From a virus: a DNA stretch of 64,000 nucleotides. How positions within the stretch are numbered: the stretch's first letter is position 1; every line of letters starts with the position of its first letter. The notes beneath the pieces are model-generated. The model was not told where the DNA came from and made no database searches. It worked only from the letters and a program-made list of their open reading frames with translations. The position numbers and the translations under genes are program-made. Of the stretch, positions 29,550-39,762 are shown piece by piece. The stretch lies in IMG/VR virus record IMGVR_UViG_3300028423_001110, positions 2,782 to 66,781 of that record; one strand, given 5' to 3'.

Positions 29550-31421
29550 ATGAGCTATATATTAAACAAAACTAACGGTGATCTTGTTGTAGAATTAACA
29601 GACGGAACAATCGACGATACAACTACAGATATCACTTTAGTTGGAAGAAATTATCGAGGTTTCGGCGAATTTTTTAATGAGAATTTTATAAAAATTACTG
29701 AAAACTTTGCAAATTCTCTTCCTCCTGATGCTCCTCTTATTGGTCAATTATGGTATGACACTAATACTGAAAAGCTAAAATTCTATAATGGTACAACATT
29801 TCGTTCTGCGGGCGGCGCATTAGTAAGTGATGTGCGACCAAACTTAGTAGAAGGCGATTTTTGGATTGATACATTAAATAGACAATTATACTTTTATGAT
29901 GGCAATCAAGATAATGAATTAACTCTTGTTGGCCCTCAATTTAATACTTCGCAGGGTAAGACAGGCCTAGAAGTTATTTCTGTTATAGATACAAGTTCCG
30001 TAACAAGAGTAGTAATTTTAATTCAAATTTCAGATAACCTATTTGGAGTCATTACTGACGAAAATTTTAAATTATCTGGAAGAAATAAAATTCAAGGCTA
30101 CCCCGACGATCCTGACGATACCTTCTTTCCTCCTAGACAAAACTTACAAAAAGGAATTAATTTAGTTAATAACGAATTATTCTTTAGAGGCTCAGCAACT
30201 CAAACTGAATTTCTCATTGATTCCGAGGGAAATCTTAGAAGAGTGAACGATTTTATGTCAAGCATAGAAGATACTTCGACTTCGGGGTCGGTTTTTATAA
30301 AAAACAGCAACGGTTTGCTTATCGGAAAAGATGATATTTTATATAGCCAATTAAAAATTTCAGGCACTACCACAGTTTTACAGAACGAAAGACCTCAAAC
30401 AGATATTGCAATTCGTACAAAACTAGCAAATACTCCAATAGATGCATTATATATAGATGCAGATAAATCTAGAATGGGTATTTTTAAATCAGCGCCAGAA
30501 TATACACTAGATGTTGACGGAGATATAAATTCTTCGGGAAATCTTACAATTAGTGGCGACTTAATTGTTAATGGTGAAACTACATTTATTAATACATCAG
30601 AAATTAGTTTAGAAGATAAGACGTTAGAACTTGCAGCCTCAAACGGAAATGCAATTACAGGAGACAATTTTCTTGACGATGCAGGCATTGTTATTAAATC
30701 TACTGATGGTGATAAGACTTTTCAATTTAGTCAGTCTCAAAACGCATGGAACACAAATATAAATATTAACCTTGCAAGTGGTAGAGAGTATCAGATCAAT
30801 AATCGACCAGTCTTAACTGAAACAGAGTTAGGAAATACAGTTACTTCTTCGTCGTTGACTAGTTTAGGGCAGCTTATTTCACTTACAGTAGACGATATTA
30901 CAATAGATGGAACAAGAATTTCAACAATTGGCACTGGCTCAGACTTAGATCTTGTTGCAGACGGAGATATTAATGCTAATTCATCTAGGCTAGTTAATGT
31001 TTTAGACCCAAGTAATCCGCAAGACGTAGCAACTAAATCCTATGTTGACTCTCGAATTAGTCCAGCTCCAATTTCGCTTGCATTAGATATTAGCGCCCTT
31101 TCGGATCCTACAATTTCTAATCCATACAACAGTGTTGCTACTATTCTTACAGAAATTGCACCACCAGCAGGTCGACCAAACGGAACAATTGCAAGAATTC
31201 ATTGTACGTCGTATAGCGCATCTAATATTTCAGGTATCGAAGTACAAGATGCCATGGATAAATCATTCATTGACGTTGATTCAAACGGAACACAAAATGA
31301 GTCTGTAGTACAAGATATAAACTTTTCAACCGCCGGCGGCGTCATTTCGATTACACCAACCCGCTCTTTAATGACATTTGAGTTATTATCAGGTGAATGG
31401 AGTTGGATAGACACTGTATAA
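29550..31421 (+). CDS. Tail fibre/virion protein (paralogous N-terminus)
   Basis: LVGRNYRGFGE..NENF...ENFA...GQLWYD domain; DPSNPQDVATKSYVD fibre motif. Confidence 0.7.
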   Translation: MSYILNKTNGDLVVELTDGTIDDTTTDITLVGRNYRGFGEFFNENFIKITENFANSLPPDAPLIGQLWYDTNTEKLKFYNGTTFRSAGGALVSDVRPNLVEGDFWIDTLNRQLYFYDGNQDNELTLVGPQFNTSQGKTGLEVISVIDTSSVTRVVILIQISDNLFGVITDENFKLSGRNKIQGYPDDPDDTFFPPRQNLQKGINLVNNELFFRGSATQTEFLIDSEGNLRRVNDFMSSIEDTSTSGSVFIKNSNGLLIGKDDILYSQLKISGTTTVLQNERPQTDIAIRTKLANTPIDALYIDADKSRMGIFKSAPEYTLDVDGDINSSGNLTISGDLIVNGETTFINTSEISLEDKTLELAASNGNAITGDNFLDDAGIVIKSTDGDKTFQFSQSQNAWNTNININLASGREYQINNRPVLTETELGNTVTSSSLTSLGQLISLTVDDITIDGTRISTIGTGSDLDLVADGDINANSSRLVNVLDPSNPQDVATKSYVDSRISPAPISLALDISALSDPTISNPYNSVATILTEIAPPAGRPNGTIARIHCTSYSASNISGIEVQDAMDKSFIDVDSNGTQNESVVQDINFSTAGGVISITPTRSLMTFELLSGEWSWIDTV

Positions 31422-31432
31422 TATGTTTTATC

Positions 31433-31440
31433 GATAAATA
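31433..31440 (+). promoter_or_regulatory. Late promoter GATAAATA
   Basis: Intergenic, upstream of 31463. Confidence 0.6.
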
Positions 31441-31462
31441 CGATATAGACAGGGGTTTTTAA

Positions 31463-32950
31463 ATGGCATATACTATAAATAGGTTTGATGGTAGTACTCT
31501 TACAGTTGTAGAAGACGGTACTATCGATAACAATACTGACATCAAACTTGTTGGTAAAAACTATGCAGGGTACGGCGAAATCCAGAATGAAAATTTTGTA
31601 AATCTGCTAGAGAACTTTGCAAATACTACTCCCCCGCCTAGACCTATTAGCGGCCAGCTCTGGTTTGATTCTGACACATTTAAATTAAAATTTTACGACG
31701 GATCAAAGTTTAAAACTACCGGCGGAGCAGAAGTAAGCGGAGAAATTCCAGCTGGCTTAACTGAGGGCGATTTTTGGTGGGATACTGAGAATGAACAATT
31801 ATACGCTTATAATGGTACAGACTTTATTTTAGTTGGCCCGCAAAATGTTGGTGCTGATATTACACAAATGCAAAGTCGTAGCATTTTAGGAACTGACGGT
31901 ATTAATCATCCTGTAGTTCTTGCTATTATTAACGGTGTTATTGTTTATATAATATCAAATGAAGAATTTACAATTTCGACCGATAATCAAGAAAACATAA
32001 TAAATGGATTTGATATTGTTAAAAAAGGTATTACTCTTGTAAACACCCAGTCGTCGACAGGCGGACAAACAAGCACAGATCATATTTTTTGGGGAACTTC
32101 TTCAAATGCTCTAAGTTTAAATGGATTTGCAGAATCGGACTTTGTTAGAAAAGGCGCTGCGTTATTTGATAGCCTAGTAAGCTTTAGTGATGCAGGATTT
32201 GCAGTCGGTGATTCAAATGATTTTAATGTTCGAATAGAAAACGACGACGAAGCTGTATTATCTAATAATATTGGCAATGTAATTAAATTTAATGCAAAAG
32301 ACGACGAAGGAATTGTAAAAAATTCTTTAAGAATATTTGCAGATAGGATATTGCCTGGAATTCAGCCTGATAATTTAGAGGATGAAGAAGTTTATATCGG
32401 AGACGGCGGAAGTCCTTTTGAAACTGTATATGCAAATAATTTTGTTGGACTTTCGGAAAAATCTAGTTCTTTGGTTTTTAATGACGAAAAAAACTTCCCC
32501 GACATTTTGCCAAACCCGAACACCGTAGCAATTAGAGATGTTTCAGGAAATCTAAGAGCAAACTTATTTCGAGGAGTTGCTCTAGCTGCAAAATATGCCG
32601 ACCTTGCTGAGAAATATTCTACCGAAACTGATCTTCCTGTAGGCACTTTGGTTTCTGTTTGTAAACACAGTCAATATGAAGTTTGTGCAGCTAATGCAAC
32701 AGACACAATTGTCGGAACCGTATCAGAAAATCCTGCGTATCTAATGAATAGCGAAGCAGAAGGTCAACCGATTGCGTTCGTAGGCAGAGTCCCTGTTAGA
32801 ATTTTAGGTTCGATCGAAAAAGGACAGAATGTGTATGCTTTAGATGCCGGAGTTGCTAGTGTTGACGGAAACGGGCAGCTAATAGGTATTGCATTGGAAA
32901 CTAATCTTAATGAAGACGAAAAACTAATAGAGTGCATATTAAAGGTATAA
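31463..32950 (+). CDS. Tail fibre/spike with Peptidase_G2-like intramolecular chaperone C-terminus
   Basis: Same N-terminal domain (LVGKNYAGYGE.QNENF.NLLENFA). C-terminus YADLAEKY...GTVSENPAYLMN...GRVPV...KG...IGIALE. Confidence 0.7.
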   Translation: MAYTINRFDGSTLTVVEDGTIDNNTDIKLVGKNYAGYGEIQNENFVNLLENFANTTPPPRPISGQLWFDSDTFKLKFYDGSKFKTTGGAEVSGEIPAGLTEGDFWWDTENEQLYAYNGTDFILVGPQNVGADITQMQSRSILGTDGINHPVVLAIINGVIVYIISNEEFTISTDNQENIINGFDIVKKGITLVNTQSSTGGQTSTDHIFWGTSSNALSLNGFAESDFVRKGAALFDSLVSFSDAGFAVGDSNDFNVRIENDDEAVLSNNIGNVIKFNAKDDEGIVKNSLRIFADRILPGIQPDNLEDEEVYIGDGGSPFETVYANNFVGLSEKSSSLVFNDEKNFPDILPNPNTVAIRDVSGNLRANLFRGVALAAKYADLAEKYSTETDLPVGTLVSVCKHSQYEVCAANATDTIVGTVSENPAYLMNSEAEGQPIAFVGRVPVRILGSIEKGQNVYALDAGVASVDGNGQLIGIALETNLNEDEKLIECILKV

Positions 32951-32953
32951 ATA
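32946..32953 (+). promoter_or_regulatory. Late promoter TATAAATA (exact T4 consensus)
   Basis: Overlaps the stop codon of 31463..32950, upstream of 32981. Confidence 0.65.
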
Positions 32954-32980
32954 AACTATGTACTTTATAAGGATGTATAA

Positions 32981-33967
32981 ATGTCAGTAACGCCCAGTGA
33001 TTCAATAACAGCATTACAGTTTAATAATCTACAAAGCAGAATTGAACAATTACTAGGCAACGGCTCTGGTGATTTTGGTTACGGACAATCAGTAACAAGT
33101 TCGCAAGTAACTGCAATTACTGATCCTAACATTCCGAACGGTGACACAATTACAGCAAGTCAATTTAATTCATTAAGAACTGATTTAGAAACAGCATTTA
33201 TACATCAAAATGGAACACCTTTGCCTATTAATACTTTTAATATAGGTGATATTATTGGTGCTGACGAATCAGGAACAGACTTAGATTTAAGTTCAACACC
33301 ATATACTTTTATAAATTCTGACCAGTCGAAGGGTTTTAATGATCTGCTTTCTACAATGACTGACCTGGAAACTAATCGTTTTATTATTGCACCAAGTGAA
33401 AGAGAAGAACAGGTTCAAGCAACAGATGCACGAAATACCGATTGGTATGGTACTATTACCTCTGTTGTCACAGTTACGTTTGCAAATTTAGATGCAAGAA
33501 GGCATTTTTTTAATTCTGGGGGGTTAATTAAACTTACAGGTGATGTTGATTTATCTACTTCGACCGGAGACAGTTTATTTAGAGACCAAGGCTGGAGCGA
33601 TCTAATAGAAAACCCAGGCGACATACAATTTGGATATAATTCCACTACTGTTTCAGGCAGTTCTTCGGGTATTACTTTTCCAGACGGAACCATAGGAAAT
33701 TATCAACTAACTTCGAATTATCAAACAATTTTTAGAAAAAATGCTAATTCAGGCATTTATTACGGAAATAGTTTTTGGACTATACAAGCAAAGGAAAACT
33801 CTTCAAATGTAATTGAATTCTTAGTAAGCCTAATTGCAACCGGGCCAGAAGGAGATATTATTGAAGACGTTACTGCAAATATTGGATTCGATTACACCGC
33901 TAGACGGTCGGCCGGTGAAGTTACAGTAGGCTATCCTTCTTTTTCTGTTATTAATTCGTTCGAATAA
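32981..33967 (+). CDS. Virion structural protein (hypothetical)
   Basis: Last gene of the structural run; S/T/G-rich; ITA.QFN.L repeat and ARRHFFNSGG motif. Confidence 0.55.
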   Translation: MSVTPSDSITALQFNNLQSRIEQLLGNGSGDFGYGQSVTSSQVTAITDPNIPNGDTITASQFNSLRTDLETAFIHQNGTPLPINTFNIGDIIGADESGTDLDLSSTPYTFINSDQSKGFNDLLSTMTDLETNRFIIAPSEREEQVQATDARNTDWYGTITSVVTVTFANLDARRHFFNSGGLIKLTGDVDLSTSTGDSLFRDQGWSDLIENPGDIQFGYNSTTVSGSSSGITFPDGTIGNYQLTSNYQTIFRKNANSGIYYGNSFWTIQAKENSSNVIEFLVSLIATGPEGDIIEDVTANIGFDYTARRSAGEVTVGYPSFSVINSFE

Positions 33968-33995
33968 TTGACTTTATAACTGATCTGTGTATAAT
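33968..33995 (+). promoter_or_regulatory. Sigma70-type promoter for the glycosyltransferase module
   Basis: TTGACT-N16-TATAAT, then a GGAG RBS and the ATG at 34018. Confidence 0.65.
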
Positions 33996-34017
33996 TATAG
34001 TAATATGGAGTATTATT

Positions 34018-34374
34018 ATGGATGAACGTTTAGAAAAAGCTCTTGAATTTTCCAATTATATGGTTACTCTTAACAATCAAAAGAGAATTATCAAAGAACA
34101 ATTTCGAGAAAACATTATTTTTTATTTTCAAGGCGGCCAATTTACAGTAAACAAAGAACTTATAACATTTGTTAATATGCTTGTAGAAAAAGAAAATACA
34201 GAAGATATTGTTTTAATTGATGATAATGAAACACCGATTATGGTAGACGATCTTAAAAACTTTTTAGATAACATAATTAATTGTTATTTTTCTGCAGCAA
34301 ATCAATATCATTCTGATTATAAAATTCTTTCTGCTAGTCGGTCAATTGAAAAATTAGTTGATTATGAAAAGTAA
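34018..34374 (+). CDS. Hypothetical protein (118 aa)
   Basis: Clean RBS; overlaps the next gene; no recognisable motif. Confidence 0.7.
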   Translation: MDERLEKALEFSNYMVTLNNQKRIIKEQFRENIIFYFQGGQFTVNKELITFVNMLVEKENTEDIVLIDDNETPIMVDDLKNFLDNIINCYFSAANQYHSDYKILSASRSIEKLVDYEK

Positions 34375-35251
34375 AGGTATTGTTTTATTTGCAAGAAATA
34401 ATTCTCAAGTTGATTACATTAAACAAGCTTATTTTTTAGCAAAAACAGCTAAAGAAATTTTAAAACTTCCTACAACTATTGTTACAGATAGTCCCGAGTT
34501 TTTAAGATTTGAATTTCCTGACTGGAAAAAAGTATTCGATAGTGTAGTATCAATGGTTTGGAAAGAAGAAGAACTTGCAGAAAATACAGTTCTTTTTAGG
34601 AATGAGTATCATAATTTAAAAGAATACCACGACGGGTCGCTTGTTTCTAAGAAACTTGACTGGAAAAATGAAATGAGAACAGTGGCATATGATGTTTCTC
34701 CTTACGACGAAACTCTGGTATTAGATACCGACGTTGTTATCTGTAATGATATTTTTCTTAAATGTTTTGAACAAAAACACGATTTACTGCTATATAGTAA
34801 TGCAACAGAACTTACAGATATCGACAGAGGCGACGAATTTAAAAGAATTTCAGACACATCAGTAAATTTCTACTGGGCTACGTGTATTTTCTTTAGAAAA
34901 ACCAACAAAAATAAAATATTTTTTGATCTAGTTAAACACATCCAAGAAAATTGGAAACATTATAACAATATTTTTCAAATAAATTCACCATATTATCGAA
35001 ATGATTATGCTTTTTCTATTGCTATTCATATAATGAACGGATATCAAACAGGTGATTTTGCAAAAGAAATGCCTGGAATTTTATATTTTGTGACAGACAG
35101 GAGTATATTATGGGAAATTGACAGTAAATCATTGTTAATTTTACTTGAAAAAGAGCACTTTGACGGTGAATATACATTAATAAGAACCAATTATGCCAAT
35201 GTTCATGTGATGAACAAGTTTAGTTTAAATAGGTGCATCGATGAGCAATAA
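34364..35251 (+). CDS. GT-A glycosyltransferase-like (GT8-like), paralog A
   Basis: SPYDETLVLDTD DxD motif, YRND(Y)AFS and VHVMNK. ATG at 34364 preferred over the TTG at 34358. Confidence 0.65.
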   Translation: MKSKGIVLFARNNSQVDYIKQAYFLAKTAKEILKLPTTIVTDSPEFLRFEFPDWKKVFDSVVSMVWKEEELAENTVLFRNEYHNLKEYHDGSLVSKKLDWKNEMRTVAYDVSPYDETLVLDTDVVICNDIFLKCFEQKHDLLLYSNATELTDIDRGDEFKRISDTSVNFYWATCIFFRKTNKNKIFFDLVKHIQENWKHYNNIFQINSPYYRNDYAFSIAIHIMNGYQTGDFAKEMPGILYFVTDRSILWEIDSKSLLILLEKEHFDGEYTLIRTNYANVHVMNKFSLNRCIDEQ

Positions 35252-36071
35252 AGGATTTGTAATATTTGCGGAAGGACCTGACTATGTTGAGCAAGCATAT
35301 TTGTGTGCTATGAGCATAATTGCCTCAAATAACAGTTTTCCTGTTTCTTTAATTACTTCAGGAAATATAAAAGACAAGTATAAATGGGTTTTCCATAAAA
35401 TTATCGAAATTCCTTGGTATAAACCCGCAGTAACTCAATTAAAAACTGAAAATCGATGGAAAATTTATCATGCAAGTCCGTACGAACAAACAATTGTCTT
35501 AGATAGCGACACTTTAGTTCTCCAAAATTTAGATTATTTTTGGGATTTTTTGAAAAATTATAATTTGTACTTTCCGGCAAAGGTATTTACCTATCGAAAA
35601 GAAGTAATCGAAGATGATTATTATAGAAAAGCATTTACAAATAATAATTTACCAAGCTTATATAATGCTATACACTATTTTAAAAAGGGATCTTTTGCTC
35701 ATAATTTTTACAAGTGGGTAGAAATAGTTACAAATAACTGGGAGTTGTTTTATGGACGGTTTTGTTCTGAAAATTATCCAAAAGAACCCAGCATGGATAT
35801 AACTGTTTCAATTGTTTCTAAGGTTTTAGACTGCGATACAGAAATTTCAAATCAAAAATTTGATTTACCCCAACTTGTTCATATGAAACCGTTGGTACAA
35901 AAATGGAAGAACCCGACTTCAAAGTGGCAAGATCGTGTAGGAACTTATTTAACACCTGATCTTAAGTTAAAAATTGGAAATCATCTACAGAACACAGTCT
36001 TTCATTATACCGAAAACGATTTTGTTACTAAAAATATAATAGGAAAGTTCGAAAAATGTCTGAAAAAATGA
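35241..36071 (+). CDS. GT-A glycosyltransferase-like (GT8-like), paralog B
   Basis: SPYEQTIVLDSD DxD motif and LVHMK; clearly paralogous to the upstream gene (KGxVxFA, Y+.QAY). Confidence 0.65.
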   Translation: MSNKGFVIFAEGPDYVEQAYLCAMSIIASNNSFPVSLITSGNIKDKYKWVFHKIIEIPWYKPAVTQLKTENRWKIYHASPYEQTIVLDSDTLVLQNLDYFWDFLKNYNLYFPAKVFTYRKEVIEDDYYRKAFTNNNLPSLYNAIHYFKKGSFAHNFYKWVEIVTNNWELFYGRFCSENYPKEPSMDITVSIVSKVLDCDTEISNQKFDLPQLVHMKPLVQKWKNPTSKWQDRVGTYLTPDLKLKIGNHLQNTVFHYTENDFVTKNIIGKFEKCLKK

Positions 36072-36631
36072 TGTACGTAATGTTTGAAGAAGGTTCTGGA
36101 AAGATAACAGGCATTACTCCGCGAAAAGACGTAAAGAACAGTATTCCTCTGCCTTTATCGAAGGCTATTGGGTTTTTAGAAGGAACCGAACGACGAAAAA
36201 ATTATAGAGTAGAATATAATCCTAAAGTTAAAAACCTAGAACTAGTTAACATTAGACAAGAACGATTTGATGGTAGATCGGTTAGCGATTTTATATACGA
36301 AATTCCAGAAGAAAGCGTTGAAAATGTTGATATAATGATAGAACAAGACATTTTACAAAAATGCTGGAGAATCAAGATCGGTCATAATCTTAAAAAAAAT
36401 TTAAAAAATAAAGGAGTAAATTTATCCAGTGTTTTGAGTTTTTCTATTACTGAAAAGCACGATCCTAATATTCTTTTTAAAACTTTAGATGTTAATTTTT
36501 CAAAACTTATGAAAAAAAACTACGAAATTTTTCCTTTCGAATCAGAATTCGAATTTTGCGATATTCCAATAAGTATTTTTACTGCTAGAAAGTTTGATAC
36601 ATATCAATTTAAAAGGATTTTTAATGAATAA
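36056..36631 (+). CDS. Hypothetical protein (191 aa)
   Basis: Overlaps both neighbours within the operon. Confidence 0.65.
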   Translation: MSEKMMYVMFEEGSGKITGITPRKDVKNSIPLPLSKAIGFLEGTERRKNYRVEYNPKVKNLELVNIRQERFDGRSVSDFIYEIPEESVENVDIMIEQDILQKCWRIKIGHNLKKNLKNKGVNLSSVLSFSITEKHDPNILFKTLDVNFSKLMKKNYEIFPFESEFEFCDIPISIFTARKFDTYQFKRIFNE

Positions 36632-37526
36632 TACGATAAAAATAGTCGAACAAGATATAATATTTTTATCATACGACGAGCCAAATGCTGAAAAAAATTT
36701 TGCAGACCTTTGCCAAAAAATTCCTTGGGCAAAAAGAGTTCATGGAGTAAAAGGATCAGACGCTGCACATAAAGCCTGTGCAGATTTATCTGAAACAGAG
36801 AATTTTGTTACAGTCGACGGCGATAATGTAATTGATCCAGATTTTCTTAACTTAAAAATTGACGTAGATGAACTTGGGTTAACAAAAGAACATGTATTTT
36901 CTTGGTGCGGAAAGATACACGTGAATGGGTTAATGTACGGCAACGGCGGCCTTAAATTATGGAACAAAGATTTTGTAACAAACATGAAAACCCATGAAAA
37001 TTCAGATAAAAATGACACACCGAGTTTAGTTGAATTTTGTTTTGATAACAGATACTATCAATTTAATGAAAATTATTCTACTTCATTTACAAACGAGTCT
37101 CCTTTTCAAGCTTGGAGAGCGGGCTTTAGAGAAGGGGTAAAAATGAGCCTCGATCAAGGGAAAAAAGTAAGTTATATTAACTCAATTTGGTGGCAGAATT
37201 ACGAACGTCTTCTTATTTGGTCTTCGATAGGTGCAGACGTAAAAAATGGCTTATGGAGCATTTATGGCGCTAGAGAAGGTTGTTATCTCACAAATTGCAC
37301 AGACTGGGATTACACACAAGTACGAGATTTTGAATATTTAACAGAAAAATGGAACGAAAATTACCCAAAAATTTCTGAATCAGAGCTAAGAGATAAAATC
37401 GAAAGCGTGGGAGAAAAGCTTTCTAAAGAACTAAATTTAAATATCGAAACACTTACAGAAAAAGGTAGTAAATTTTTTAAAAAAGTTTATCATAATACAC
37501 CTAGAATAATAAAGGCAGCAAAATGA
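36624..37526 (+). CDS. GT-A glycosyltransferase-like protein
   Basis: DIIFLSYDEPNA...GVKGSDAAH...FVTVDGD (DxD)...YGNGG...AWRAGFREG. Homologous to the C-terminal domain of 47194..49077. ATG at 36624. Confidence 0.6.
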   Translation: MNNTIKIVEQDIIFLSYDEPNAEKNFADLCQKIPWAKRVHGVKGSDAAHKACADLSETENFVTVDGDNVIDPDFLNLKIDVDELGLTKEHVFSWCGKIHVNGLMYGNGGLKLWNKDFVTNMKTHENSDKNDTPSLVEFCFDNRYYQFNENYSTSFTNESPFQAWRAGFREGVKMSLDQGKKVSYINSIWWQNYERLLIWSSIGADVKNGLWSIYGAREGCYLTNCTDWDYTQVRDFEYLTEKWNENYPKISESELRDKIESVGEKLSKELNLNIETLTEKGSKFFKKVYHNTPRIIKAAK

Positions 37527-38923
37527 ATCAAGAATTAGAAAGAATTAAACAAGTTATGCCGATTACCGATTCTGAGATTTCTCCGACATTTTGTATGGCA
37601 AAATGGCATCATACTACAATATATTTGCAAACAGGAGAAACTCATAGTTGTTATCATCCTTCTCCTCATGAAATACCATTAGAAGAAATTAAAGAAAATC
37701 CGTCGGCGCTGCATAATACTAAAGAGAAAAAAATCGAAAGGCAGAAAATGCTCGACGGAAAGCAGCCGTCTGGTTGTAATTACTGTTGGAAGATTGAAGC
37801 AATGGGAAAAGATTATGTTTCAGATCGACATATTAAAACTGCTTCGATTTATACGCCAGAAAGATTAGACGAAATCAAGAATGGCGGAGCTGAATATAAT
37901 ATTAATCCAGAATATATTGAAATATCGTTTTCAAATGAGTGCAATTTTAAATGCGGGTATTGCCATCCTAAGGCCAGTTCTCGTTATTGGAAAGAAATCG
38001 ATAGCAAAGGACCATATAAAGAATCAACAGAACACAGATTAGATATTGATTGGTTTAAAGTTTATCACAGAGAAGAAGAAAATCCCTATGTAAAAGCATG
38101 GTGGGAATGGTGGCCTGAAGTTTCAAAAACTCTTAATATTCTTCGTATTACAGGCGGCGAACCCCTTATGCATAAAAGCACTTGGGACTTATTTGATAGA
38201 TTAGAAGAAGATCCCAAGCCTCATATTCAGATTGAAATAAATTCTAATCTTGGTGTAAAGACAAAACTTGTTGAAAAATTAGTAGAAAGAATAAATCATT
38301 TAAAGAATACTGGAAAAATTAAGAGTTTTAAACTTTATACATCAATTGATACTTGGACTAACAGAGCCGAGTATGCAAGGCACGGGCTTGATTTAAATTT
38401 ATGGGAAAAAAATCTAGATTATTATCTTACAAAAACTAACATGCCTGTTACATTTATGATTACCTTTAATATTTTCTGTGTTACAAGTTTTAACACATTA
38501 TTAGAGAAAATTTTAGAATGGAGAAAAAAATATAATACGGATAAAAATCAAGGTCAGTGGCAGCTAGTAAGATTTGATACTCCTCACCTAAAAGAACCTA
38601 CAATATTTGATATGAATATTTTACCAAAAGAAGAATTCATGCCATATATGCATTCGCATCTAGATTTTATCCAAAAAAATGTTGATAATTCCGATAGAAC
38701 AAAATTTACTGATCTTGAATATGAAAAATTTAAAAGAGTTGTAGATTACATGGATTCAACACACTACAGTGAAAATAAACTTACTATCGCTAGAAAGAAC
38801 TTTAATGCATGGTTTTCAGAGCACGATAAAAGAAGGAATACTTGTCTTACTGACACGTTTCCTGAATTAAAACCATTTTGGAATCTCTGTGCAGATCTTA
38901 ATCAAAAAGAGCGTGTGGAATAG
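37523..38923 (+). CDS. Radical SAM enzyme with N-terminal SPASM/twitch-like cysteine domain
   Basis: CNFKCGYC (CxxxCxxC) and TGGEP; N-terminal FCMAKW...HSCYH...GCNYCW. Confidence 0.85.
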   Translation: MNQELERIKQVMPITDSEISPTFCMAKWHHTTIYLQTGETHSCYHPSPHEIPLEEIKENPSALHNTKEKKIERQKMLDGKQPSGCNYCWKIEAMGKDYVSDRHIKTASIYTPERLDEIKNGGAEYNINPEYIEISFSNECNFKCGYCHPKASSRYWKEIDSKGPYKESTEHRLDIDWFKVYHREEENPYVKAWWEWWPEVSKTLNILRITGGEPLMHKSTWDLFDRLEEDPKPHIQIEINSNLGVKTKLVEKLVERINHLKNTGKIKSFKLYTSIDTWTNRAEYARHGLDLNLWEKNLDYYLTKTNMPVTFMITFNIFCVTSFNTLLEKILEWRKKYNTDKNQGQWQLVRFDTPHLKEPTIFDMNILPKEEFMPYMHSHLDFIQKNVDNSDRTKFTDLEYEKFKRVVDYMDSTHYSENKLTIARKNFNAWFSEHDKRRNTCLTDTFPELKPFWNLCADLNQKERVE

Positions 38924-39746
38924 GTTCGCCAGGATTAAATTTATAATTTTTTATCATTTGATCAACCCAATCGTTAGGAAAATCATGTAAGCCGTGAGGT
39001 TTGGAAGTTTTTGTATACTCGTGTTGCACATATTCTTTCCAGTCGTTGTATAAATGCCTTACTGCAGTTTTTGTTTTAATAGAAATCCACGGTGCAATGG
39101 TTTTTTCTAGATATCTTAGGTGTTCAAAAAGGGTTGGATGCCCGTCTGAATAGTTAGGATGTATTTCTTTCCAGTCTCTTTTCCATTTGTTTTTCATATC
39201 ACCGTTCCATAAAACATCATAAAAACTAGGCGTCATATACGATAATGTATCTTCATATAGGTTTGTAATTCTTTTAATTTTTTTATCAATTTTAGACTTG
39301 GTTTCCCACTGATTTAGTGTTTTTTTAATATCGCACATTTGTAAAAAGTAAAAATTTGCTCCTTTATGCTCTAACAAATTTTTTACAAAATGCATATAAG
39401 AAAAATCTCTAAGAGAAAAGTGTATTTCGTTTGCATAATTTTCTACAAAACTATGATCATAAACTGGTTGAGAATATATATTACCAGGAGTAACCCAACT
39501 GTTATCTATCCATCTATCTTCTCGAGAAATATTTGTCCAACAAACAATAATTAAATCTTTACTATTAAAATTAAAATATGAATCTGCTTGAGATATCATA
39601 TTAGAAATATAAGTATTACCTGCTCCGCTTTTACCTAGATTGTAAAATTCACAATCAAGGTCTGCTCCTAAAATATTCGCCCAGGTGCCCCATTTATAGT
39701 TTGTAAAAGAGCATCCGAATGCGAAAAATCGATTTATGTCTTGCAT
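38898..39746 (-). CDS. SGNH-hydrolase-like protein (GCS variant)
   Basis: FAFGCSFT (block I), NLGKSGAGN (block II) and DGHP...H (block V). Confidence 0.55.
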   Translation of the reverse strand: MQDINRFFAFGCSFTNYKWGTWANILGADLDCEFYNLGKSGAGNTYISNMISQADSYFNFNSKDLIIVCWTNISREDRWIDNSWVTPGNIYSQPVYDHSFVENYANEIHFSLRDFSYMHFVKNLLEHKGANFYFLQMCDIKKTLNQWETKSKIDKKIKRITNLYEDTLSYMTPSFYDVLWNGDMKNKWKRDWKEIHPNYSDGHPTLFEHLRYLEKTIAPWISIKTKTAVRHLYNDWKEYVQHEYTKTSKPHGLHDFPNDWVDQMIKNYKFNPGEPIPHALFD

Positions 39747-39762
39747 TTTTTAACTTTTAAAC

